Shown here: positions 9,374-19,767 of the stretch, one piece after another
Layout: each line of letters begins with the position of its first letter
Numbering within the stretch: the first letter of the stretch is position 1
NCBI GenBank assembly: GCA_018398765.1
Contig: JAHBMJ010000068.1
Span: 116,441 to 136,440 of the forward strand
Length of the DNA stretch: 20,000 nt
Reading direction: 5' to 3'
Origin: Chromera velia
Taxonomy: Eukaryota
Made by a program: the position numbers and the translations under genes
Notes under the pieces: model-generated
What the model was told of the DNA's origin: nothing
Databases searched by the model: none
Seen by the model: only the letters and a program-made list of their open reading frames with translations

Positions 9374-11516
9374 CTAAGCAGAGGGTCTGCCCTGACCGAC
9401 AGACTGGCCTTCTCCCTTAAGTGTGGGGCCTTGCGGCCCGGGTGTAGGGTTGGGATGGGGGAAACCTCCAGGAGTGGGTCCTGAGAATCCTTGCTGAAAG
9501 CTCTGCCCCCCCTGTTTCTGCTGCCCCACTGCTGAATACCCGCGGAGATGGGCTTCCAGTCTGTGTGCCTGTCTGCAGGCGGTTCCGTTCATCTTGTGCC
9601 ATAGGGAGAGAGACTTGCACAAATCCTTTCGGCAAGGCACTGGCATATCGTCTTTTGGGCAATCTCTCGTAAGGTGCGGGACTTCGAGTGCCCGGGGCTG
9701 CGGAGGGTTCATCTTGCCTGCTGCGTTGTCGCAAAAAGCGCAATGCAAGGCCGTGTTCGCTCCAGATAACGAAGACGAGTGAGTCACTGTCTGGGGGTTC
9801 GTGGTTGTTGTGCCGCCAGGAGCTGCACTGGCAATGCCAGGCATGAATGCTGCTGTCGTGGAGCCGTTCATGGGGGGGCTATCACCGGGGTTGACTCCTG
9901 CTCTCAGGTTTGTGGCAGCATACAGGGCAAAAGGCAGCATCTCTGGGGAAAAGAGAATGGCGTTTGCTCCGAAAGCACCTTGGATGAGGCACCGCAAACG
10001 GAGGAACAGGGTTTCTCTGATGTGCAGAACCTGACGACGCTCTCCCGTCGCCCGCTCCTCTGCCTGCTGCTAGCAGTTGAGGCGGCGGTTGATGAGAACG
10101 GCCGCACGAAGGTTTTCTGCTGCAATGCGAGCTCCCATCTGGGCTGCCTCTATCACCTTCTCTGATTTTGTAAAATCATGTCGCTGCCCGAGGGTGCGGA
10201 CATGAGCCTTCAGGTTGGAAGATTCCTCATCCGCCACTCTACGGAGGTACTCCTTCCAAAAGGAGACGGGAGGCGTACGGTCGGGTTTGGCCATGCGTCG
10301 CTTCAGTGCGAGCTCTGCCGGATCATCAGAAGGGATGATTCGTGCTGCAACCTCTCTGGTAGTGCCTGGCTCTACCGGGTCATGGACCGCATTGGCAGAA
10401 AGACTGAAGAGGTCTTCATGCAGGTCTTCTACTTTTGCGGGGGGCGAGCACAACGTCTGTGCTGCTGTTGGGCAAGCCGACAGTAGAGTCGGAAGAAACA
10501 TCGCGACGTCTCTGTGACTGGTTTGCAGGGGTTCAGAAAGCACGGCAGGGTAAGGCGGGCAGTCTCGGATGTTGGGTGACGAAACAAGCTGACAGTCATC
10601 ACTCTGCCCCACCTCTACACCCTGCTGTCTGCCCAGTGCCTGCACAAGGCTGTATGAAGCTTCCGGGGTAATCCTTTTCGGAATCACCACCTGATTTTCT
10701 TCTCCCTCTCCCAACTGCAGCGCAAAGTGTGTCTTCTTTGCAACAGGTGGGTGCATGCCGGCTGCTGTTGCACCGCGTGCGTGGGTCTTTACCGGCTCTG
10801 GGCCTCCCTCTCCTAGAAGAGGGAGAGCACTGTGACCTGCAGGGACCGCAGCTGCGCCCTGTAAGGGTTGCTGTTGGGCGTTCCCGTCTGCAGCCATCAG
10901 CGGGACGACGGGCTCTTCGGCGACGCCTTGACCAAGAGCCTGCACATCTTGTTTTGCCTTCTCCGCACGCGCCTGTGCTTTTTCGAGCCTTGCTTGCAGG
11001 TCTTGGATGTCTTTCGTGGCCCGGTCTTGCCGATTCTCGGCATTCTTGAGTGCTTTCTGCTCTTGCTCCTTTGCAGCCTTTTCTGCTGCCTCCTTGGCAG
11101 CTGCAGCTCCACAGACAAGATGATGCATCAATGGCTGACATTGAAAAGACCCTGTGTGCACGCGTTCTGCATAGCTGACTGGCCTGTCTGGGCTTCTGGG
11201 CCAATGGAGAGATATGAAAGAGTCTGTCACAAGGAGGAGACATATGAATGATGATCCTTCGATGCGGTTGTACGGCAGTGTCCTGTTGAGTCGCCTGCCT
11301 CGTGAGTAGACGCAACTTCCTTGGGAATTCGTGTATGGTGACATGTATATGAGTTGTGGCCCATCTGCATGTCCACATGAAGGGCAGAGCAGCTGAAAAA
11401 CCGATGGAGACTGGAGGAGACGACACGTAAGGAGACGCGGTTTTGGGACAATGGGACAAGCTTGTGAACTGACCGGCTTTCTTCTTTGCCGTCGCGCTCT
11501 TAGGCTTCGGGGACAT
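9374..11516 (-). pseudogene. Spliced gag-like gene of the element (coiled coil plus two Cys/His knuckles), one in-frame TAG
   Basis: Exon 11516-11474 (MSPKPKSATAKKKA), a phase-1 intron GTCAGT..ctgcag (11473-11101), then exon 11100-9374. ORFs 10070-11344 and 9374-9997 share one frame split only by TAG 10072-10070. Motifs C-X2-C-X18-H-X4-C and C-X4-C-X6-H-X6-C lie near the C-terminus. About 589 codons. Confidence 0.7.
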
Positions 11517-11714
11517 GGTGTGGGAGGCGTGAAGCTTGCAGTGGAGCTTGCGCTTGTATGGATTGGACGTGCGATGAGATGTAAGTGAGTGAAAGCCGTG
11601 GAACTTCGGCGATTTCGATTCGTTTCGATTTGAGTAGAAGCCAGCTTCGACCTATACCAACTGACCTGCAGTGGGTCCTGGCAGTGTAGTGAACGGCCGA
11701 TCGACAGCCAAACA

Positions 11715-11896
11715 GTAGTTCGAATCGGCGAGCGATTACGCTGTCAGGTAGAGTCGCTCTCTTTCTTTGATCTTTTCATCCGTTTCGTCTTTAGTTGTTC
11801 AAGCTTGACTTCGTCTGCGTGCTATTTTGTGCGCGCGCTCTCCGGGGTCCGCCGGAACGCGGCGCCGACTCCGCTTCGCTACGCTTTACCTTCCAT
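11715..11896. repeat. Split repeat A1 (element terminus), 182 bp
   Basis: Aligns without gaps to 7692-7873 with 5 substitutions. Confidence 0.95.
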
Positions 11897-12553
11897 GCAT
11901 GCATGCATTGCATGGCGAGCCGCGCCGCGCGGCTGCACACGCATGCACAGGCCGAATCATGGCCGAATCAGACTGAGGATGACTGCATAAGGTCTGATGC
12001 CGTTTCTACAAGATCGATCGCCATGCAGAGGGCATTCATTGTATAGACGGCCGAAGGACTGATGACAGCTAGAGGGAGGCACGAAGTCAGCCACCCATCG
12101 CCTGCGCAAAGTTGTGTGCCGAGATCGATCTCAGCACTCGTCTGATCTTCATGCAGGCGCCTACCCGCTTTTCACAGATTTCTGGTACTGATACTGATCT
12201 GTTTGCCAGTCCTCCACACTACCTTTTAGTATTCCATTTGGTACTCCTGAGTCTTTTTTATTCTTATATCAAGCCTCTTTGTTGCGTGCATTTTTCTTTG
12301 CTTTGCCTTAGTGGACACTCTCGGTTTTTCTGAAACAAGCGGCTTGTCAAAAAGGAGCACAGAAGAATGTTTCTCTGTAATACAAGGAACGAGGCGCTGT
12401 ACGCGCAGCTGAGATGCGAAGAACTCGGCATGGGGCGGCAGTTCGTTCTTCCACGAAAACCGTTCAAAGAAGAAAAAGACGACGGTCCAGAATACAGCGG
12501 TCAGTGATCTTCTAGCTGTCTGTCTCCTTTCATCAAGGAGACGCCGACCTGAC

Positions 12554-14771
12554 ATGGACTGCTGGGTGTACTACCTGGAAGTACACGTTTCCCTTCACCA
12601 TTCTTTTTTTCTGCTACACCCTTTCTTGCTCTTTCTCGAAGAGCAGAACGATAGTTTTCTTGCATCTCTCATCTCTTGGGCCTCCTCATGTCCAGCTTTC
12701 TTTCTCAAACCGCCCTATTCCCCCCACTTGTTTCTTGTCTCTCCGTCTGTCAGTCTATCGCCCTCGCCATTTAGAGAGCGCAAAAAAGGTCGCCTCAAGA
12801 ATGGACGGGCAGAGGGAGGAGACGGCCTGAGGAAACATGGCATGCAGACCGGGAGGGGGAAAAGAGAAAGGAAGGATGGATGACGGAATCGAAGAGAGAC
12901 GGAAGGTAGGGAAGGAAGAAACACACAACAGGTCTATGACCTTTGCGTTTCGCAATCCCTCCCTGTTTCCTTGAGAGAGCCGCTGTTGCATTACAGAGCA
13001 AAGATGCACGCAACTGGCCGGGGGTGGGTACAGAAAGGAGGTTGAGCAATCAGAGCGGCATGCACGACGCAACTTGGATGACTTTCTCGTTTGACGATCT
13101 CTCCTTTTTCTTCCTGCAATACCATGCTATGCCCTTCCATTTCCTGCTTACTCAGGATTGTTGCTGCTGAATGTACCGGGGGGAACCCGTGAGGTGGTTA
13201 CTGCCTTCCAGGAGTTCGGCATCCCCATCTGCCTTCTCTGGCCGTCCCACGCGTACCACTCCACAGGCTTTCAGACGCTCCTTAAACACTGTCAACACAC
13301 TTTCGACATCAACATTGTGCCGCTTGTGAGGACACACCCGACCCAAAAGGCCTGCCCTGATGACCACCGCCTCTGGGAATTCTTCGGCAAAGCGATGGAT
13401 TGTCACTCTCTTGAGTATATTGGGGCCCCCGCACAGGTACGGAACGCCGTCTTCTCGCACTTGCAGTCAGCCTTCATGTACATGAGCGCTGTTGTCCAGT
13501 GGTGCCTCGATAGCCTGGTGCAGGATTCCAAAGTTGATCCTGCAGACTTTGTGTCAACAGAGGCGCCAAAATACCACCACCCAGTCGATGAGGAAGGCGC
13601 AGCTTTAATAGCGCCCGAAGTCGCCGGGGGACCCTTTGACGTCTCGGCAGGGGCCGTGGGATTCGGGGGCGGAGAGGGGGGGGGGAACCACAATCTCAAC
13701 CAGACGCTGGGCGCAGGTGCCAACATCGTGGGTGCTCCCCATCATGAACAACAACCCATCCAACCTCAACAGCACCAAGAGGGACAACAGCAACAGCCCG
13801 CAGGATTGCCTCAGGCTCCTGCTGCTGTTCCTGTTGCAGATCCAGCGGCACAGGGGGCTGGTCTGGGCAGGGTGTTCGGACAGTCGCAAGTGTGGGTCAA
13901 GAAGCGGGAAGGGGGTGAGCAAGTACGGAAGTTTCTTTCACTCATTTCCAACATAACCGGTGCGTCGGCTGGTCTGTGTGCCTGCCCATATTTATCTGTC
14001 TGCTGTCTGCATATCTATCCGTATTCATGATCTCTTTGCTGTGCAGTCACAGAAAAAAGGGGAAACACCTCTCGATCTTGTTGGGTCTTTTCCACACAGT
14101 CTCTCTCTTTTTGCACCCACCCCACGATTGAGCGTGCCGTCGGCTTTCTCAGTGGATGTTCTGTCTGGGTCTTCGGGCCATTCGTAGATGGGTGCATGCG
14201 TTTACTTCTGTATGTTGTATGTATACAGAAATGTATGTTCTGTATGAAAGTAAATGCATTCTCAGTGGATCTTCTGGGTCTTCGGGCCATTCGTAGATGG
14301 GTGGATGGAGGGCGCAGGGCGCAGCCACAGTTTGCCGGCCAGCTTCGATGATATGTGGAGCCTGTTTTTTTTTCTGTTGATGTGTCAATACGCATGCATG
14401 GAAACGGTGACCTGATTCATTGCGCGAACGAAGGGAATGACTTTCTGAATGCATACATGCAGGGACAACCTTTGATGTCAAACCGTCTTCTGAGGAGCAT
14501 CCGAGATTTGAGGTCGATTTGTTAACCACCCTTGCAAGCCCACTTTCTCGTTTACTGATCCACTGGTTGATTCTTGATTGCCGTCTTTTTTGCTCTCTCT
14601 CCTCTCCCGGTGTTCTTTCCGTCCTGCTTTCCCTGACCCAAACAAAACTGTGTTCCCTGAAATGTAACGCTCAACTCGATGAGAGAGTGACAAAACTTGC
14701 AAGCCTCATGGGTCGATGACGATCAAACTTCACTTCGGTCCAGCCCTCAGATTTACAGACACATACGCACG

Positions 14772-14815
<44 letters not shown>

Positions 14816-16891
14816 CACTCGCACACACACACGCACACACACTCGCACACACACACGCGCACGGGCGCGCACACACTCGCACACACACACGCACAGGCGC
14901 GCACGCGCGCACACAGACAGACAGCCAGACACAGATACACACACACACACATACTCTCTCTCTCTCCCTCTCACACACGCACGCACGAACGTTTCAAAGG
15001 TGCGCTTGGCAACTTTTGGTGCCTCCCTATCCAGAAGCGATCATCCGTTTCCGAGTCTGCGACCCTTCTGTTATTCACACAAACTCCCAGCCAGCCACTC
15101 GCTTGTTTTTCTGTACGGTCTTATGCAGATATGCATGGTGGGCACTCTGAAGAACCGTCGGGAGGCTCTGCTTCTTCTGCAGAGAGCGATCGATGCATGT
15201 GCCGCCAGAGCAGCGCAAGGCCCCTCAGAGTTCGTGAGTGAGCAAGCGAGTCGCTCAGCGATTTGTTGGGTTGTTCTGAACCTATCTTGATCGTGTATGC
15301 TCTTTCTGCGTTTTTGCGTGTTGGAAGGAAATGGGACGGGAGAGGGAAAAGAGACTCTGGAGAGACGTATGTCTCCTGCCAGTGAAACTCACGCATGACA
15401 AATGGATTTTTGGCTGCGGGAGAGGAGAGTGGACGACTAGGGCTATGACCGTGAGGGGGGGGCGGGGGTCTGCAAACGAAACAGAAAGTAAGGACAAAAA
15501 AGGAAAGAAAAAAACAAAGGGAAAGAGAAAGAAACAAAACGACAAAAATGAGAACAAAGAAAGGAATCAAAGAAGGGAAGAAGGAAAGAAGAAAGTAAGG
15601 ACAAAAAAGGAAAGAAAAAAACAAAGGGAAAGAGAAAGAAACAAAATGACAAAAATGAGAACAAAGAAGGGAGGAAGGAAAGAAGAAAGTAAGGAAGAGA
15701 GAGAAACAGGAAGAAAGAAAGAAAGAAACGGAAAAGAGAAGAGTAAAGTGTCCCTAAGCGGCACCTCTTGCTTTTCCTTCCTGAGTGGCGGCGCATCATC
15801 AAAGGCATCTAGATCGAGGGATGTATTCGGAGAGGTTTTACACACACTCCGGAGAGATGTAAAGGAGACTAGACTAGAAAGGGAAGACAACACCACATAT
15901 AATTTTCAAGAAGAATACTGCATACACCAAAGCACAGATAGACACGCCAAGGCACATGAAATGAAGAAAAAAGATAAAGACACACCGGGGGGGGAGAGCT
16001 CATCCCACCGTTCGCTTTCCCCGTTGATCGACCCAGCAGTTCACATCTCATCCCTCCACCATCATTTTCAGCCGCTATACAGGAGACTGGTTCCCTTTCC
16101 TCATTGTCTTCTGAGCGATGCCTTCTCACCTCTCTCTGCCACTTTTCTGAATCTGGGACAACCTTCGTCCTGCGCTCTCTGTCTGCACGACTGCTTTTTT
16201 GTGTCTGCTTTCTTTCTCTGCTGGTGGTTGTTCCCTCACTGTTGTCTTGGCTTTCGATCCCAATTCAGTCAAGGAAAAGAAAAAAACATTTTTTCTGTCG
16301 GAGTCTGTCTGAGTGAAGAAAACAGGCATAAATGCAGTCCGTCTCGCTTTGCGTAAATGTGCATGTGCAGGCGAATCGTTCTATGTCCCTCCCCGCACGT
16401 CCGACACCTGATTGGCTCTGGAGGAAGACAACGTCTGGTGATGGAATTGGAGACTGGGGCATGCATTCAATTCGAGGAGAGCAGCCGGGCGTTCTTTCTT
16501 TCTGATCAAGAGGTCTGTCAGACGTCTTTCGAGAGCGAACCCATTTCTTTCTGTGCTGACTGAGTGACTGAATGAAGAAATTAAGGAGTCAACATATGCC
16601 CCTGTGACGGTACGTGTTGGTACTCGCATCCGAGCGATCCGTCCGAGGCACGTGCAGTTTTCGCGTGATGCTAAGTGACGATGGCAATGGGCGACTACAG
16701 TAGATCGCCTTTTCTTTTTAATGCGGGACGCAGTCAGGTAACTGTTTGTTTTTTTTGTTCCAAAACGACTGCAGACTCCGTCAGTACACCCCTATTGCGT
16801 ATATGTCTCTATGTGTGCACCTCAGTGTGTGTGGGTGTGGGGGGTTGTATTCAAATATGTATGTAGAGATCTACGTACGTATGCGTGTCCC

Positions 16892-16967
<76 letters not shown>

Positions 16968-17233
16968 CGTGTGTGTGTGCATGCGTGTGAGCGTGCGCAT
17001 GATGTCTCTCTGTGTGGCGTGTCTTTTTTGTGTTCGCACAGGGAGGCGGGGAGCGAGTTCGACGTCTGCATGTTTTGGGAACAAGGGAATCCCTGCGGAG
17101 AGGCGTAGAGCTCGTGCAGAAGAGGATTCAAAACCTCAATGATCACTCGCCTCCATCCTCAAGGCAGCGACTGGGGCAGTTACCGGGAAGAAGGGGGGGA
17201 CATCTGCAAAGCGAAGCAGAAAGGCCGTCTTGA
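12554..17233 (+). CDS. Multi-exon KH-domain (RNA-binding) protein; 5' end and some exon boundaries uncertain
   Basis: Best-supported exons are 13156-13914, 14266-14300, 15129-~15230, 16371-16512 and 17042-17233. Possible small exons end at 12580 and lie at 12997-13027 and 15805-15834. The last two exons form a canonical KH domain. Confidence 0.7.
13156..13914 (+). CDS. Large exon of the KH-domain gene (degenerate KH-like segments and a Q/G/P-rich linker)
   Basis: Acceptor ttcctgcttactcag, a long open frame and donor [25 protein letters not shown] resembles KH beta3-alpha3. Confidence 0.65.
14760..14985. repeat. Intronic (CA)n/(CG)n/(CT)n microsatellite
   Basis: Direct reading. Confidence 0.95.
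15129..15233 (+). CDS. Exon encoding a KH-like beta3-alpha3 segment
   Basis: Acceptor cttatgcag, then [23 protein letters not shown]. Candidate donors at 15230 (gttcgt) or 15234 (gtgagt). Confidence 0.6.
15483..15668. repeat. Intronic 79-bp purine-rich direct repeat, period 107 bp
   Basis: 15483-15561 vs 15590-15668 differ at one position (acga/atga). Confidence 0.9.
16371..16512 (+). CDS. Exon encoding the KH N-terminal half with the GxxG loop
   Basis: [34 protein letters not shown] fits the type I KH consensus (P...vg.lIGxxG..i..ie.eTGa.I). Flanked by tgcag and GAG|gtctgt. Confidence 0.8.
16899..16980. repeat. Intronic (TA)n(TG)n(CG)n alternating purine-pyrimidine microsatellite
   Basis: Direct reading. 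Confidence 0.95.
17042..17233 (+). CDS. Terminal exon encoding the KH C-terminal half
   Basis: Acceptor ttcgcacag in phase 0, then [26 protein letters not shown], which completes the KH fold. TGA at 17231-17233. Confidence 0.75.
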   Translation, partial: GGGERVRRLHVLGTRESLRRGVELVQKRIQNLNDHSPPSSRQRLGQLPGRRGGHLQSEAERPS

Positions 17234-17234
17234 T

Positions 17235-17565
17235 ATTGTTTAAAATACAGTTTAATGTCAGCTGCCAGCGTGAGGCCGCCCTTCATCTGTGTCAATATTC
17301 CAGATAATTCCAGACTCAGATCACCCCGATAAAATTTATTATGCTCAGAGTGATTCATATTATATTAAAGATAGTGTTATACATACAATTAGTGACCAGA
17401 TTTGATTTGATTTGATTTGAAGTAGAGCTTAACCTCAAATCAAATCTTAGGCCTGAGAAACTTTAGCATGATAGGGCCTGTCAAATCCTATCAAATCTAC
17501 TTCAAATCTGACCTTTTAATCTCAAATCTTCGAGGTGATTCTCTAGGATGACTCTAAGATAAAAA
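17235..17565. repeat. AT-rich degenerate repeat with GATTTGA/TCAAATC motifs in inverted orientation
   Basis: (GATTT)n at ~17399-17420 faces several TCAAATC copies at 17435-17528. gatttgaagtaga and tctacttcaaatc are an exact inverted pair. Confidence 0.55.
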
Positions 17566-17853
17566 CTAGTAAAAATATATACTGGAATTGCCCAGGCGGA
17601 GGAAGGGAGCTAGGAGCGATCTATGGAGATGTATGGCGCAAGTGTTGCATACACACAGAGTGGAAGGATGATAGTATGAGAGTAGAGTCAATACTTTGTG
17701 AAGGATTCATTGTGAGGTTCCGACTCTAAAGAGAGTGTCATCTCCTTTGTAGTTTCTCAAACCATCAGTGATCACTACACTTCTTGTTCAGCCTGATCAA
17801 ACAACACATGTGCAACAGTGTGTACGGATGTCATAAATATGGCTTCCACAAAT
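17565..17853. repeat. Direct repeat, copy 1 (at least 289 bp, offset 2147 bp)
   Basis: Matches 19712-20000 with 4 substitutions. Confidence 0.95.
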
Positions 17854-18111
17854 GTTAATACAGAGATATTGTGCGGCGGCGCATGGCGGCGCGGTGCCTG
17901 TCGCATGGGTCCTACCAATTGGACCCAAGCCATATTTCACTCACCCCCTCATCCGGACACACTGAGCTTTTCTTTGCTCTCTTCTGTAAGTTCTGTTTGT
18001 GTTGTCTTTCTTTGTTGTGCCCCCCCCGAATACTCTTCTATTTGATTTGTTCCTTCTGTGAATCATGGCAGATGCAAGTCTGCCAGTGGACTTCAAATCT
18101 CCTGGTGTCCC

Positions 18112-19767
18112 CTATGCGCGATGGCATTGCATGTCTCTTCTCTCTATGGCCCCTATCCACTCCAATGGACTGGTTAATATAGTCCACAGTCGGGAGACTG
18201 AGGGCTGCTGCTGTTGTGTCTTGGGGGGGCATTTTCTCTTGCGGCTGTCTTCTGTAGAGGCTCTGTGCTTCTCCTCTTTCCTCTTTCTCCTTCTGTTTCT
18301 CTGCGCTGCTTTACGTGACACCTCCTGCACTGATGTGTTGTAGGGCGTCACTTTCTCATACCCTAGCTCACACCCCCTCGCCCTAGACACGGCAGTGCTC
18401 AGCATCGCAGTGTTCGGGTCGGGATGTGCTTGGTTTGTCTCGTCGAGCGATGTTTCTGACAGGTTGTCTTTGTTTTGAATTCGCTGCCCCCTCTCTGGTG
18501 CATCCACATGCATCTGCGTCTTCTCTTTTGAGCACGAGGAGACGCCTGACCGTGCTGACGGAGGGCGGCCCCCTATCTGACTGAAAGATGGCATGAGCGT
18601 TGCTTTCTCTTCCGTCTCTCTCTCCTTTAGATTTGCAATCTGCGATCTGGACACTCGTCGACCAGCGCCCACCCCTTCAAACTTTGTCGGTGGGGTTTGA
18701 GGAGACTCCGAGTCGCGGACTAGCTTGCGAAGCACTGTCAGATCTGTACGTCTTTCCCTTAGGGGCTCTGCCTTTGCCCGTCTCTTCTTTCTTTTCTGCA
18801 GATTTCTCTTTTCTCTGCCTCTCTGGGGCTTTTCACCCTCTTGGGGCTCTCTGAGCACTTGTCGTGCCTCGCTGTCACTCTCTCCTCACTTTCTTGCTCT
18901 CAAGATCTCCACTGGCTTCTTGGAGCATTGCAGGCTCTCTCAGCTTGCTACAATCCTTCTGACTCTCACTGCCTTTGCGAAGCTCTGTGGCGTGTCGCTG
19001 CAGTCTGCCTTAGTGCGGGTATGTTGGCTGCACGATTTTGGAAGCACCAACAGTGAGTCAGACCTGCGACGGCGTTTCTTTTTCCTTCCATTTTTCTTCT
19101 CTCTGTATCTCGCTTTGTCTGCCTGTCTCTAAGGCTTGGCCTTCTATGCCCGTCTGCCTTTCCGCTACCACTGCACAAATTTTAACAATGCTGACCATTG
19201 CTGCGGATTCAACTCGTTGATGAATTGTCCACACCCGACGGTCGGTACCAGGATATCTGGAAATCCAGTGCCACTCAGGTGGACTTGTCGGTAGACGGCG
19301 ATCTTTCGCTCCTGCGTGTTCCCCCACTTCCTCAGCAGAGCAACTTCCCAATCCCCGATCGTTGTCGTCACAATGCAGTCAGGAAATCTCCAAACCGCCG
19401 CGCACCGCTCAATGCAGTGCATGATCGCGTGCGGCCATGACCCCTCTGCACTGAACACTTTTCGCTCCCCTGTAGAGAGTCGAACGATGGTGATGATGAC
19501 ATTGTCAGTCCGACTCTTGGCTGACTGCAAAAACGAAGGGCCCAACCGCTGGGCTGCCTTTAGCAAGGGTTCTGTGCATTCGTCAAGGTATCCTCGAGGC
19601 ATGCTCCTGATCGGACGCACCTCTACCTGCCAGGCGGTACATCGACGCCCTTTCATCTCGATCTCCGTCTCAGACTCAGTTGTGAGTTCGTCTTCTCTCG
19701 CTGAGCAGGTCACCAGTGAAAACATATACTGGAATTGCCCAGGCGGAGGAAGGGAGCTAGGAGCGAT
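18112..19767 (-). pseudogene. Spliced gene of unknown product disrupted by two in-frame TGA codons
   Basis: Exon ~19767-19196, a phase-2 intron GTCAGC..gtcgcag (19195-19064), then an exon from 19063 in frame with ORF 18858-18112. TGA at 18942-18940 and 18888-18886 occur without a frameshift. Confidence 0.55.

Larger units (their letters stand above)
7358..11896 (-). mobile_element. Non-autonomous split-direct-repeat retroelement (PAT/TOC/Ngaro-like, DIRS order)
   Basis: Read on the minus strand: A1 (11896-11715), gag-like ORF, B1 (8081-7871) fused to A2 (7873-7692), a 123-bp spacer, then B2 (7568-7358). The internal junction ttaccttc-CAT-tccagctc joins the two termini. No RT, RNase H or YR ORF is seen. 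Confidence 0.85.

Noticed and set aside
10599..11473. 305-aa ORF from the 11516 ATG read unspliced
   Set aside because: Beyond codon 14 it reads as an off-frame, Arg/Ser/Cys-rich shadow of the coiled-coil frame. Splicing gives a more coherent protein.
7358..11896. Interpretation as an LTR retrotransposon or Penelope pseudo-LTR
   Set aside because: The two termini are different sequences (A vs B), with no TG..CA LTR pair, no primer-binding site and no integrase or GIY-YIG ORF. The internal fused B-A junction with a 3-nt core fits split direct repeats.
13158..13300. Metallo-beta-lactamase/DUF4336-like look of LLNVP...PSHAYH
   Set aside because: No HxHxDH motif. The downstream exons form KH domains, which explains the gene better.
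14671..14986. HT/CV-repeat ORFs
   Set aside because: (CA)n microsatellite artefacts. Only the 15129+ part of ORF 14697-15290 looks exonic.
15282..16356. 341-aa lysine/arginine-rich ORF and its antisense ORFs
   Set aside because: Purine-rich low-complexity intron containing a local duplication; no domain. At most a 30-nt exon lies within it.
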